Shown here piece by piece: positions 1-8,478 of a stretch of DNA of 64,000 nt (position 1 is the first letter of the stretch; every line of letters starts with the position of its first letter). Position numbers and translations under genes: made by a program. The notes beneath the pieces were generated by a model, which worked only from the letters and a program-made list of their open reading frames with translations, was not told the DNA's origin and made no database searches. Source of the stretch: a virus; the IMG/VR virus record IMGVR_UViG_3300033565_000026, positions 1-64,000 of that record, one strand, 5' to 3'.

Positions 1-28
1 TCCATTGTAGTATATACAGCAAGATAAA
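1..28 (+). promoter_or_regulatory. Repeated promoter-proximal element, copy 1 (TCCATTGTAGTATATACAGCAAGATAAA)
   Basis: The 28-nt string is identical to 5126-5153 and matches 5942-5958 at 16 of 17 positions. Each copy lies 15-60 nt upstream of the first ATG of a + strand gene run. Confidence 0.5.
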
Positions 29-42
29 AGAGGTTGAAAACA

Positions 43-192
43 ATGATAAACTCAAAACTGATTGAAGCTCTAAACAAAATGATAATACACCCTATAATAA
101 GAGATGCCATCGCTCAAGAAGTCAAAAATGGGAATATCACTACTGAAGACCAGCTTAAACAGAAAGTAGAAGAGTATGAAGATGAACTCTGA
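43..192 (+). CDS. Small hypothetical protein (49 aa)
   Basis: ATG at 43 and TGA at 190-192, directly downstream of repeat copy 1. It is below the ORF-track size cut-off and has no recognisable motif. Confidence 0.4.
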   Translation: MINSKLIEALNKMIIHPIIRDAIAQEVKNGNITTEDQLKQKVEEYEDEL

Positions 193-207
193 GAAATTGG
201 TGAAAAG

Positions 208-1524
208 ATGAGTGGGAAAAAGGTATATCTCGATAAAAAAGTAGATCAAGCGTTAGAAGAACGTCTTCATTTAATCTTTGAAGATTTTGATAATATTAGC
301 GTTTCTTTTTCAGGCGGGAAAGATAGTGGTGTCCTCCTTAATGCAGTTCTTGATTACAAAAGAACACATGGATACCCTCAGAAAATAGCAGTGTTCCATA
401 AGGACTACGAAGCACAATACACTAAAACAACAGAATATGTAACTCGGATGTTCGAGAACAATATTGATGATATAGAACCATATTGGTTCTGTGTCCCCAT
501 GACTGTAAACTGTTCGGTTTCAATGCATCAGTTAACCTGGACTCCCTGGAATCCTGTTGAAAAAGATCTATGGGTAAGACCAATGCCAGATATTCCTTAT
601 GTGATTTCATTAGAACATAACAACATTCCGCCATTTTACAAAATGGCAATGAATGACGAAGCTCTTTACGAAGCATATGGTAAATGGTATGCAAAGACGC
701 ACCCAGGTAAATCAATCGTACTGCTCGGACTTAGAGCCGATGAATCACTTAATAGATATTCAGCCATCACTAACGAGTACAAAGTATTATATAAAAACCA
801 ACACTGGACACGAACAGCAGGTAAGGATTACTATGTAGGGAGTCCGATTTATGATTTTGACGTTCAAGATGTTTGGGTAATGAATGGAAAAAGGAATTAC
901 GATTATAATAAATTATATGATTTATATGCAAAAGCAGGTTTAACTCTAGCTCAAATGAGGGTCGCTAGTCCGTATCATATAAGCGGAAGAGCTACACTTA
1001 ATTTATACAGAATAATTGATCCTGAAATATGGGCTAGACTTGTAGGAAGAGCGCAGGGAGTTAACTTTTCGGCTATCTATGGAGGGACTAAAGCATTAGG
1101 ATTCAGAGAAACAAAGCTTCCTAAAGGGCATACGTGGGAAAGCTACACGAAAATGCTATTATCCACACTTCCAGAGGATACAAGAAATCATTATATTAGA
1201 ATTTTTAAAGTTTCGATAAAAGTATGGACTGAGAAAGGAGCAGTAGTAGACGATGAAGCAATCAAAGAACTGGAATCTTTGAAATATCCAATTGAAGTAG
1301 TCGGAACTTCTACAAGATCAAAACTGAAAAAGAATGATGTAAAGTTCGGAAATATACCGGATGACACTGACAACATTAAAAGTACAATAGATATCCCATC
1401 ATGGAAAAGAATGGCATTTACTATAATAAAAAATGATCATGTTTGTAAAAGTATGGGATTTGCACCTACCAAAGAACAGAGTGAAAGGGCAAAGATGATT
1501 ATTGAAAAATACAGAGGGATCTAA
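208..1524 (+). CDS. PAPS-reductase / PP-loop family protein, IbrA-like (paralog 1)
   Basis: 438 aa with the PP-loop motif SFSGGKDSGV near the N-terminus. The C-terminal block HTWESY..PSWKRM..IKNDHVCKSMGF is shared with the paralog at 2873-4123. A ParB-like gene follows immediately, as in IbrA/IbrB pairs. Confidence 0.8.
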   Translation: MSGKKVYLDKKVDQALEERLHLIFEDFDNISVSFSGGKDSGVLLNAVLDYKRTHGYPQKIAVFHKDYEAQYTKTTEYVTRMFENNIDDIEPYWFCVPMTVNCSVSMHQLTWTPWNPVEKDLWVRPMPDIPYVISLEHNNIPPFYKMAMNDEALYEAYGKWYAKTHPGKSIVLLGLRADESLNRYSAITNEYKVLYKNQHWTRTAGKDYYVGSPIYDFDVQDVWVMNGKRNYDYNKLYDLYAKAGLTLAQMRVASPYHISGRATLNLYRIIDPEIWARLVGRAQGVNFSAIYGGTKALGFRETKLPKGHTWESYTKMLLSTLPEDTRNHYIRIFKVSIKVWTEKGAVVDDEAIKELESLKYPIEVVGTSTRSKLKKNDVKFGNIPDDTDNIKSTIDIPSWKRMAFTIIKNDHVCKSMGFAPTKEQSERAKMIIEKYRGI

Positions 1525-2499
1525 ATGGAACTAATAGAGAAAATGATGGATTTGGTTTTAGAAGTCGAAAAACTTGATTTATATGACCGTGTTGAATTCA
1601 TAAACGAAGCTAAGAGACTACTACACAAAATAAGCCCTCTAAAGAACGAACCTGTTGATGTGGTTCAATGGGTAAAAAGTTATGATGTCGTAGCTAATGA
1701 TTATAATCCTAATCGTGTTGCACCCCCCGAAATGAAGTTACTTGAACTCTCTATAAAAGAAGATGGATACACTCAGCCGATTGTAACATACTATGATGAA
1801 GCAAAAGGGAGATACATAATTGTAGATGGATTCCACAGGTCAAGAGTGGGGCAGGAAGTTTCGGAGATCAATAAACGTGTAGACGGGTATCTCCCTATTG
1901 TAGTGATTGATAAGCCCATCGGCGATAGAATTGCATCTACGATAAGGCACAATCGTGCAAGAGGCACACATGACATTGATTTAATGAGTGATCTTGTAGC
2001 AGAACTTCACAGACTTGGAAAAACCGATCACTGGATAGCTAAAAATCTCGGAATGGATGCGGATGAAGTAATGAGACTAAAACAGATAGGAGGGCTTGCT
2101 GACCTATTTAGAGATAAGGATTTTAGTAGATCTTGGGATGTAGAAGAGTGTGTGGATATAAAAGACGAAATCGAAGAATTAAAAATGGACATCCTGATAA
2201 AAGATGGAAAGGCAAAAATTACAGAATCACAACTTGAAGACATTGTAAGAGCGTGGGATCCAGAAAAAGATTCAGTCGGTGAACTTAGAGATGCATTTGA
2301 AGCATGGGGGAGTTTTAAGAACGCTTTTGAAATACCAAGTTTGGAAGAAGCTATAGTACATCTGCCAATTTCTAATGAATTTGAAGAATTTATCGAGAAC
2401 ATGTCAGTTAAAAAGAGGAAATCCATAGTTACCTGTGATAATGACGGGTTCTGTTTAATGGAAGAAGGAACTGAGATAAAACATATTTCAGAGATTTAA
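1525..2499 (+). CDS. ParB/sulfiredoxin-like nuclease-domain protein, IbrB-like
   Basis: 324 aa with the ParB-type motifs IVDGFHRSRV and TIRHNRARG. The ATG abuts the upstream stop (TAAATG). Confidence 0.7.
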   Translation: MELIEKMMDLVLEVEKLDLYDRVEFINEAKRLLHKISPLKNEPVDVVQWVKSYDVVANDYNPNRVAPPEMKLLELSIKEDGYTQPIVTYYDEAKGRYIIVDGFHRSRVGQEVSEINKRVDGYLPIVVIDKPIGDRIASTIRHNRARGTHDIDLMSDLVAELHRLGKTDHWIAKNLGMDADEVMRLKQIGGLADLFRDKDFSRSWDVEECVDIKDEIEELKMDILIKDGKAKITESQLEDIVRAWDPEKDSVGELRDAFEAWGSFKNAFEIPSLEEAIVHLPISNEFEEFIENMSVKKRKSIVTCDNDGFCLMEEGTEIKHISEI

Positions 2500-2511
2500 G
2501 ATGGAGGGTAA

Positions 2512-2937
2512 ATGAAAAGAATTTACCACCCTTATACTTTATGGGAAGAATATGGAGCTGGAATGTGGAGATCAGTTTCGAAGGAAGATGAAGAAAGTTA
2601 TATACAAAAGGCTATAGAATTTACTGGAAATTATGAATTATATGGAAAATGGATGTTAAAAGTTATAGAGACGTGGAAATATTCATGTGAACATAATCTT
2701 ACAGATACAAGCATTAATAGACAGGCGTGGGTAGGTCACGCAGCATGTTGTTTAGCGATTGGATGCCCTGAACACATCACAAGAAGGGCGTGGCACTTTC
2801 TCACACAAGAACAGCAAGATAAAGCAAATAAAAAAGCTGATGAAGCTATATTAAGATGGGAGAACAAACAAAATGAAAAAATACCTCAAGGAAAATGTAT
2901 TAGAAGCAGCACAAAACAGGGTATCCTGGGCATTTGA
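2512..2937 (+). CDS. Hypothetical protein, Trp/Cys-rich
   Basis: 141 aa, preceded by GGAGGG, and containing HAACCLAIGCPEH. It sits between the ParB-like gene and the second PAPS reductase and overlaps the next gene by 65 nt. Confidence 0.55.
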   Translation: MKRIYHPYTLWEEYGAGMWRSVSKEDEESYIQKAIEFTGNYELYGKWMLKVIETWKYSCEHNLTDTSINRQAWVGHAACCLAIGCPEHITRRAWHFLTQEQQDKANKKADEAILRWENKQNEKIPQGKCIRSSTKQGILGI

Positions 2938-4123
2938 TTCATTTGAAAGGATTTATGTTTCGTTTTCAGGTGGAAAGGACAGCACCGTATTAACTCATCT
3001 TGTAATGGAAGAAGCAATAAAAAGGAACCGGAAAGTGGGATTAATGTTTATTGATTGGGAATGTCAATATAATCTCACTATCCAGCATGTATCAGATATC
3101 TTCGAGCTATATAAAGATATCATTGTCCCATATTGGATATCAATCCCTCTTAGAACTGTTAATGGATGTTCACAATTTGAACCTGAGTGGACATGTTGGG
3201 ATGAAAATAAAAAAGAGTTATGGATAAGGAATAAACCTAAAAATTCAATAAAAAAAGGATCAATCTTTCCATTTTTTTATGAGGGAATAACTTTTGAAGA
3301 GTTCACTCCCAAATTTACAGAGTGGTACTCGGAAGGAAAAACATGTTGTAATTTTATAGGTATCCGTGCGCAAGAGTCGTATAATAGATTTAGAGCAGTT
3401 ACAAAAAATAAAGAATTTGGATATACCCATATAACCAAAATAACTGATAACTGTTATAGTGCGTACCCTCTTTATGATTGGGAAACAGAAGATATCTGGA
3501 CTTATTACGCAAAAACGGATAAGATTTACAATAAAGTGTATGACAGGATGTATAAGGCAGGTTTAACTATTCATCAGATGCGGATAGATGAACCTTTTGG
3601 ATGCACTCAGAGAAAAGGGCTGTGGTTATATCAAGTTATTGAGCCGAATACGTGGCGCAAGATGGTTTTAAGAGTAGCCGGAGCAAACACCGGAGCATTA
3701 TATTCAAAGGAACACGGCAACATCTTAGGAAATTATAAAGTTACGTTACCAAAAAATCATACGTGGAAAAGTTTTGCTAGTCTATTATTGGATACAATGC
3801 CAGATAAAACGAGTGAACATTATAAAAATAAAATATCTACATATTGTATTTCCTGGCAGAAAAGAGGTTATCCTGAAGGAATTCCAGAAGAAGCAGATTT
3901 AAAATTTGAATCTATGGGAAAAGCACCGAGTTGGAGGCAAATAGTAAAAACATTGCTAAAAAACGATTATTGGTGTATTGGGTTAGGGTTCTCACCCTCA
4001 CGAACAAGAGAATATAGAAAATGTATGAATCATTTGGATAATGTATCTCCTTACATGAGGTATAATCATGAAACAAACGCAAATACAAACATTTCACAGT
4101 TCTGCGAAACCCCCGCTTCCTAA
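2873..4123 (+). CDS. PAPS-reductase / PP-loop family protein, IbrA-like (paralog 2)
   Basis: 416 aa with SFSGGKDSTVL at the same offset as paralog 1. It shares the HTWKSF..PSWRQI..LKNDYWCIGLGF C-terminal block. Confidence 0.8.
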   Translation: MKKYLKENVLEAAQNRVSWAFDSFERIYVSFSGGKDSTVLTHLVMEEAIKRNRKVGLMFIDWECQYNLTIQHVSDIFELYKDIIVPYWISIPLRTVNGCSQFEPEWTCWDENKKELWIRNKPKNSIKKGSIFPFFYEGITFEEFTPKFTEWYSEGKTCCNFIGIRAQESYNRFRAVTKNKEFGYTHITKITDNCYSAYPLYDWETEDIWTYYAKTDKIYNKVYDRMYKAGLTIHQMRIDEPFGCTQRKGLWLYQVIEPNTWRKMVLRVAGANTGALYSKEHGNILGNYKVTLPKNHTWKSFASLLLDTMPDKTSEHYKNKISTYCISWQKRGYPEGIPEEADLKFESMGKAPSWRQIVKTLLKNDYWCIGLGFSPSRTREYRKCMNHLDNVSPYMRYNHETNANTNISQFCETPAS

Positions 4124-4751
4124 AGGGTATTCTCTATCTCATATACTCACATATCGTAAATGTGAGTATAAATTCTTACTTTCTTTTATTTATAAAGTTA
4201 AAGTTGAGACTAAATATAAACCATTGTTGGAAGGCTCAAATGTCCATGAACTTATCTCAAAAAGAGAATTTATATCAGAGAATAAAGATACACAAAAACT
4301 ATTAGATGTTGCCTATAATTTCTTACAGAATATGCCGGAAAATCCAGTTTTTGAAACAGATTATACTGATAAGAATAACCCTGGAACTTTTAAAGGAAAG
4401 GTGTTTGATGTGCCGTTCTTAGCAACATTTGATGTTCATTGGACAGAAGGAATCGGAGTAGATTGGAAAACGAGTGAACAGAAAGAGAAGTATCACGGAG
4501 AGTATGAGATCCAGGCGTATCTCCTGAATGAATTATTCAAACAGAAATACGGATATCAACTGAAAAAATTCTATTTTGTATTTTTGAAAGATGGATCAAC
4601 ATATCAAGCTCAGTCAATCTATAAGAATGCAGTAAGAACAAGAACCGAAACTAAAATTAAGAATGTATTAGACGGAATAAAACGCCTAGAATTCAAAAAG
4701 AAAATGTCTTTTGCTTGTGAATGGTGCGATTATCAAGGGATGTGTATATAA
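4068..4751 (+). CDS. Cas4/RecB-like PD-(D/E)XK nuclease with a 4-Cys cluster
   Basis: 227 aa. It has an N-terminal Cys (YRKCEYKF), FDVHW..VDWKT (D..DxK), QAYLL, and a C-terminal CEWCDYQGMC (Cx2Cx5C). Confidence 0.7.
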   Translation: MKQTQIQTFHSSAKPPLPKGYSLSHILTYRKCEYKFLLSFIYKVKVETKYKPLLEGSNVHELISKREFISENKDTQKLLDVAYNFLQNMPENPVFETDYTDKNNPGTFKGKVFDVPFLATFDVHWTEGIGVDWKTSEQKEKYHGEYEIQAYLLNELFKQKYGYQLKKFYFVFLKDGSTYQAQSIYKNAVRTRTETKIKNVLDGIKRLEFKKKMSFACEWCDYQGMCI

Positions 4752-4870
4752 TGGAACCTAATCTAAAAACATGCTGGAAATGTGGGGAAGAAACTACATT
4801 TCATATTTATAGAACCAGAACTGGAGAATTCAGAACGTGTGAAAAATGCGAGGAGGAATTAAATAGATGA
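4751..4870 (+). CDS. Small zinc-ribbon protein (39 aa)
   Basis: CWKC..CEKC. The ATG overlaps the upstream TAA (ATAATG) and the stop overlaps the next start (ATGA). Confidence 0.5.
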   Translation: MEPNLKTCWKCGEETTFHIYRTRTGEFRTCEKCEEELNR

Positions 4871-5076
4871 AACCGCCAGCCGAAAAATCACAGTCTGGAA
4901 GATGGGATCAGGAACCTAAAGAAAAATGTCCAGTTTGTGGGCTATACATGTATAAACAATCTTCTCGAAAAATGATTGATGGGAAGAATGGATGGATACC
5001 TACCTCCTGGTTATGCAGGAAATGTGGTCACATGGAGATATATAAAGATGGGTTTGAGGCTGTGAGAATTGATTAA
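4867..5076 (+). CDS. Zinc-ribbon protein
   Basis: 69 aa with CPVCG..CRKCGH. The start is ATGA-coupled to the upstream ORF. Confidence 0.6.
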   Translation: MKPPAEKSQSGRWDQEPKEKCPVCGLYMYKQSSRKMIDGKNGWIPTSWLCRKCGHMEIYKDGFEAVRID

Positions 5077-5083
5077 TTTACTA

Positions 5084-5090
5084 TTTTTTT
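5084..5090 (+). terminator. Oligo-T tract after the first gene run
   Basis: A T7 run follows the TAA of 4867-5076. The same TTTTTTTGCTG string recurs at 5901-5911. Archaeal terminators are typically oligo-T tracts. Confidence 0.4.
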
Positions 5091-5125
5091 GCTGTTGACA
5101 AGCGATAACTATAAATATTATAAGT

Positions 5126-5153
5126 TCCATTGTAGTATATACAGCAAGATAAA
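5126..5153 (+). promoter_or_regulatory. Repeated promoter-proximal element, copy 2
   Basis: Identical to 1-28 and preceded by the TATA-like CTATAAATATTATAA. Relative to copy 1 there is a 16-nt internal duplication (TAAGGACTAAGATAAA) before the AGAGGCTGAAAATAATG start region. Confidence 0.5.
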
Positions 5154-5183
5154 TAAGGACTAAGATAAAAGAGGCTGAAAATA

Positions 5184-5594
5184 ATGGTGTCAATAAACGG
5201 AATACAGCTTAAAAATGTCAAAACTCAGAAAGACGGTGGATTCAGTTCTTCAATATACATGGATGGAAAGAGAATTGGGGAAACCGCAGAAGGAACTGGA
5301 ATAAACTTTGAAATTAAACCACAGTTCAAACCAGAATTTGAGAAGAGAATCCAGAATGTAGAAAGTTTTGTCAAGCAGTATTTTGATTTAATTATGATTG
5401 AGAAAAAATATACTGAAGCTGCAAAAAAATATTCAAAACAGCAGATTATAATGGTAGCTGCATACAAAAAAGAAGATTATGCTGGAAGGATTTACACGGC
5501 ACTTGAAAAATTTATACCAGAAATAATCAAAACTGAAAAATCAAACAAGTGTCAAGTTAAAATATTCAGAAATCTTTCAGATTTTAACTTTTAA
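5184..5594 (+). CDS. Hypothetical protein
   Basis: 136 aa ORF downstream of repeat copy 2, with no motif recognised. Confidence 0.6.
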   Translation: MVSINGIQLKNVKTQKDGGFSSSIYMDGKRIGETAEGTGINFEIKPQFKPEFEKRIQNVESFVKQYFDLIMIEKKYTEAAKKYSKQQIIMVAAYKKEDYAGRIYTALEKFIPEIIKTEKSNKCQVKIFRNLSDFNF

Positions 5595-5609
5595 ATTTTT
5601 GGTGATAAA

Positions 5610-5897
5610 ATGAACTCCGATCAACTTATATCCATAATCAAAAACTGGAACGCAGAAAATCAATCCGTATACATCCTGAAAGAAGCATTTGAAGCATACG
5701 GGAAATCATCTGAAGAACTCTGTGAAGATGACGAAATATGGGTTCCAATCTGTGAAATAGACTGGGCTGGAAAGTATGCAGAAATCTCCTTCGATACTCC
5801 ATTCATGGAGAGAAATAACATTATGACTATTGATTTTGAAGGTAATTGTTTTTGTTATGATTTCTCAATTAAAAATATTTCAACTCTTTTAAAATAA
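5610..5897 (+). CDS. Hypothetical acidic protein
   Basis: 95 aa, preceded by GGTGAT at SD distance. Confidence 0.6.
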   Translation: MNSDQLISIIKNWNAENQSVYILKEAFEAYGKSSEELCEDDEIWVPICEIDWAGKYAEISFDTPFMERNNIMTIDFEGNCFCYDFSIKNISTLLK

Positions 5898-5941
5898 TAC
5901 TTTTTTTGCTGATTACTACAGTTAATTATTTATATGATTAG

Positions 5942-5958
5942 TTCTATTGTAGTATATA
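5942..5958 (+). promoter_or_regulatory. Repeated promoter-proximal element, copy 3 (partial)
   Basis: TTCTATTGTAGTATATA matches copies 1 and 2 at 16 of 17 positions. It is preceded by TTTTTTTGCTG and the TATA-like TTATTTATATGA, as for copy 2. Confidence 0.45.
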
Positions 5959-5971
5959 GGAGCTAATCACA

Positions 5972-6142
5972 ATGGTAAGCGCAAAGAAAGAATACAGATT
6001 ATGGGCATGTCTCAATAACATCACATCTATAATTGAAGTATCTGAATGCTGTAAAGCTTTTGGATTAAGCCAGGATGAAGAAGACAGGGCAATGAGTCTT
6101 TGGGATCACAAGAGAACAATGAGAAGAGTCAGGAGAGCTTAA
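5972..6142 (+). CDS. Small hypothetical protein (56 aa)
   Basis: The ATG lies 9 nt after the GGAG of TAGGAGCTAATCACA. TAA is at 6140-6142 and the next gene starts at 6144. Below the ORF-track cut-off. Confidence 0.5.
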   Translation: MVSAKKEYRLWACLNNITSIIEVSECCKAFGLSQDEEDRAMSLWDHKRTMRRVRRA

Positions 6143-6143
6143 A

Positions 6144-6440
6144 ATGGTTCTTGACTTCACCTTTTTTAATGATTTAAGGAATGCTGAAAAATCAGAATAT
6201 CTCGAAGTTGCAAATAAACACAAACTTTCCCCTCATGATCGTGTTAAAGTTGCAGGTATCTTGAAAGAAGGGAAATTAGAAGAGGAATGGTTTAATCAGC
6301 TTTATGTAATGTGTAAGGGGTGCGGACTTCTTAGGAGCAATGTTATCCTTGAAAAATATCAGATTAAAGAAGACGGAATTGAGGGAAGAATTTTTAAGAG
6401 ATGGGAGGAAGAGGGGAATAGAGGGGAGGGGAATAATTGA
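6144..6440 (+). CDS. Hypothetical protein
   Basis: 98 aa with a Gly/Glu/Arg-rich tail and no motif. Confidence 0.55.
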   Translation: MVLDFTFFNDLRNAEKSEYLEVANKHKLSPHDRVKVAGILKEGKLEEEWFNQLYVMCKGCGLLRSNVILEKYQIKEDGIEGRIFKRWEEEGNRGEGNN

Positions 6441-6645
6441 AGAGGTGCTTAAATTGATTAAAAACTGTAAAAACTGTATCTTCTGGGATCAATTAACCCG
6501 AAATGTAATTTATGGAGAATGTAAATTATATAATAATTTAACTAAAAATGAAGTTAAATATCAAGGAGATTGCTGTTCTGGATGGATTGAAAAAGGTAGT
6601 CTTCCTCCTATTTGTGAAATTGAACTTATAGATAATTTGTGGTGA
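6340..6645 (+). CDS. Small Cys-rich protein (CxxCxFW type); start uncertain
   Basis: The track ORF overlaps 6144-6440 by 100 nt. A GTG at 6445, preceded by GAGGGGAGGGG, would give about 66 aa. CKNCIFW..GECK..CCSGW resembles CTSCKFW..GICV..TCGDY of 15436-15606. Confidence 0.5.
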   Translation: MLSLKNIRLKKTELREEFLRDGRKRGIEGRGIIEEVLKLIKNCKNCIFWDQLTRNVIYGECKLYNNLTKNEVKYQGDCCSGWIEKGSLPPICEIELIDNLW

Positions 6646-6749
6646 ATTATTATTCTTTTTAATTTTATATAATTTTTAAGGGAGTAGTAAGTTATATATA
6701 CTATTAGTTACTTATTACGTAGTAATACGTATTGTATTGAGGTAACTTT

Positions 6750-7520
6750 ATGACAGGTGAGAAAAATAGATACAAAACACATGAACAGTTATGGAAGTTA
6801 GAGGATGGAGATTTAAGCACCCCGCAGCATGATGAGTTAGTTTTGCAACTGCTAAATCATAAAAATTGTTTTAAATTACTAAGTTTTGTTTCTCATATAA
6901 GTGAGTGGGAAATATCAGAGGAGTATCCCAATATTATCTCAAAAGAATTAGTAGAAGCCGTTAAGTATAATGAAACAAATGACGAAATTTTACTTAAAGA
7001 GATGATTTATAACGAATTTAATATGAATACGTTCCCTATTATAAAAAGTGAAGTTCCTGTTACAACAGGAAATAATAAATTTATAATTGGATATATAGAT
7101 GTACAATTTGTAATACCAATAGAAGCTATATGGGAAGTGGATTCCGGAATTAAAAATAGTAATATTTTCGGAGAATACAAAATATTCAAAAAAATAATAG
7201 CACACAACAACCCTTTAAAAATACAATATACTTTAAAATATGATTCTTATTCTTCTGGATATATCTCATATGTAGATAGATCATTAACAGAATTTGGAGA
7301 GAAAAAAGACATAAAATGGACAAAACAGATATTGATAAATATTGAAGTAAAACCCAAAATTAAAAGTTTTGGTGAAACATTAAGACAAATTAATACATAC
7401 AGGGAATGCAATCCAAATGCGTTATATATTTTGTATTCACCAGATGCTAGATTTAAAGACGCTTTTGAAACCCAAGGAGTCAAACTAATCACTCCAAACG
7501 ATATAGGGATTAATATATAA
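6750..7520 (+). CDS. Hypothetical protein, possible PD-(D/E)XK-like fold
   Basis: 256 aa, preceded by GAGGTAAC. GYIDVQF followed much later by INIEVKPK gives a weak D..ExK pattern. The functional call is speculative. Confidence 0.35.
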   Translation: MTGEKNRYKTHEQLWKLEDGDLSTPQHDELVLQLLNHKNCFKLLSFVSHISEWEISEEYPNIISKELVEAVKYNETNDEILLKEMIYNEFNMNTFPIIKSEVPVTTGNNKFIIGYIDVQFVIPIEAIWEVDSGIKNSNIFGEYKIFKKIIAHNNPLKIQYTLKYDSYSSGYISYVDRSLTEFGEKKDIKWTKQILINIEVKPKIKSFGETLRQINTYRECNPNALYILYSPDARFKDAFETQGVKLITPNDIGINI

Positions 7521-7601
7521 TCCCTTTTTTACATGTAAGTAAGTTTTAAATACTTATTCGTTTAATTACGTATTAATACTAATTTAGAGAGAGTGTGATA
7601 A

Positions 7602-7754
7602 ATGCCACCAAAAGGATGGAAAGATATTCCATTAAGAGAAGAAGATTTTCAAGTTATAGAGAAGTTCGCTCAAGACAATGATCTTAAAAATGGTGCGGCA
7701 GTAAAAAGAGCGTTTAAAATTGCCTTTGGGCTAGATTTCCCTAAACATTGCTAA
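7602..7754 (+). CDS. Small ribbon-helix-helix-like protein (50 aa)
   Basis: ATG after GAGAGAGTG. The pattern KDIPLREEDFQVIEKFAQ..AAVKRAFKIAFG fits a strand-helix-helix layout. Below the track cut-off. Confidence 0.4.
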   Translation: MPPKGWKDIPLREEDFQVIEKFAQDNDLKNGAAVKRAFKIAFGLDFPKHC

Positions 7755-7810
7755 AGCATAACTCTAAATAAAATAAACTATATAAAATTGATAATTCGGA
7801 GCTAACATCA

Positions 7811-7885
7811 GTGTATACTTTTTCTTTAAATATCAAACCCTCTACCGGAGGGAGGCAATGTACGAAGAAGAGGCGGGAAAGATGA
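7811..7885 (+). CDS. Possible 24-codon leader ORF
   Basis: A GTG lies 9 nt after the GGAG of TCGGAGCTAA (7796-7805). Its TGA (7883-7885) overlaps, as ATGA, an in-frame Met (7882) of the 7858-8463 ORF. Confidence 0.3.
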   Translation: MYTFSLNIKPSTGGRQCTKKRRER

Positions 7886-8463
7886 TACCTATGATTAAAC
7901 CCGCTAATCCTAAAGTACAGGAGTTCTTGGCGTTATTACAAGATCCTGAAGTCTACGGAGTTTTTAAAGGGTTAGTCATACAATGTTTAACTGATCCAGA
8001 TTGTCTTGTTTTAAAGAGAATTCACAACATAGAATGTCATTTGGGAGTGGATGACGATTATTGTTTATGGGAGGACTCCCTTCAAGAAGACAAAGAAGTA
8101 ATGATGACTATTCCACAGCAGTTTTCTCTTTTATCTGATCGTATTAATGATACGTCAATCCCTGTTCTTCGGGAGTCAATTCTAATTACTGCAAATGAAA
8201 CGGAAGTCAGGGCAAGACTTCTACGTGACAAGCTCGCAACAATCCCTTATCAAAACGGTAAAAAGTTTATGTTAGGAACGGATGTTCAAAAGTTCCTCCT
8301 ACATGAGATTATAGAAGAACATAGAGCCAAAGAGAAGGGGGTAAGACAGATTGCAGCAGATGTAATGAAAAAGACAGTTGAACAATTTCCTAATGAAGTT
8401 AAGATGAGAAAAAACGAGAAAAAAAGAAACGTTATAGAATATATAGAAAGGTTTTACGATTAA
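7858..8463 (+). CDS. Hypothetical protein
   Basis: 201 aa. GGAGGGAGG precedes ATG 7858. An alternative coupled start is at 7882. Confidence 0.65.
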   Translation: MYEEEAGKMIPMIKPANPKVQEFLALLQDPEVYGVFKGLVIQCLTDPDCLVLKRIHNIECHLGVDDDYCLWEDSLQEDKEVMMTIPQQFSLLSDRINDTSIPVLRESILITANETEVRARLLRDKLATIPYQNGKKFMLGTDVQKFLLHEIIEEHRAKEKGVRQIAADVMKKTVEQFPNEVKMRKNEKKRNVIEYIERFYD

Positions 8464-8478
8464 AGGTGTAAGTTGCAG

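Noticed and set aside
2028-2426. 132-aa minus-strand ORF within the ParB-like gene, and similar antisense ORFs at 422-715, 1191-1376 and 1791-1976.
   Set aside because: All are antisense to motif-bearing genes, Ser-rich, and lack an SD or leader motif.
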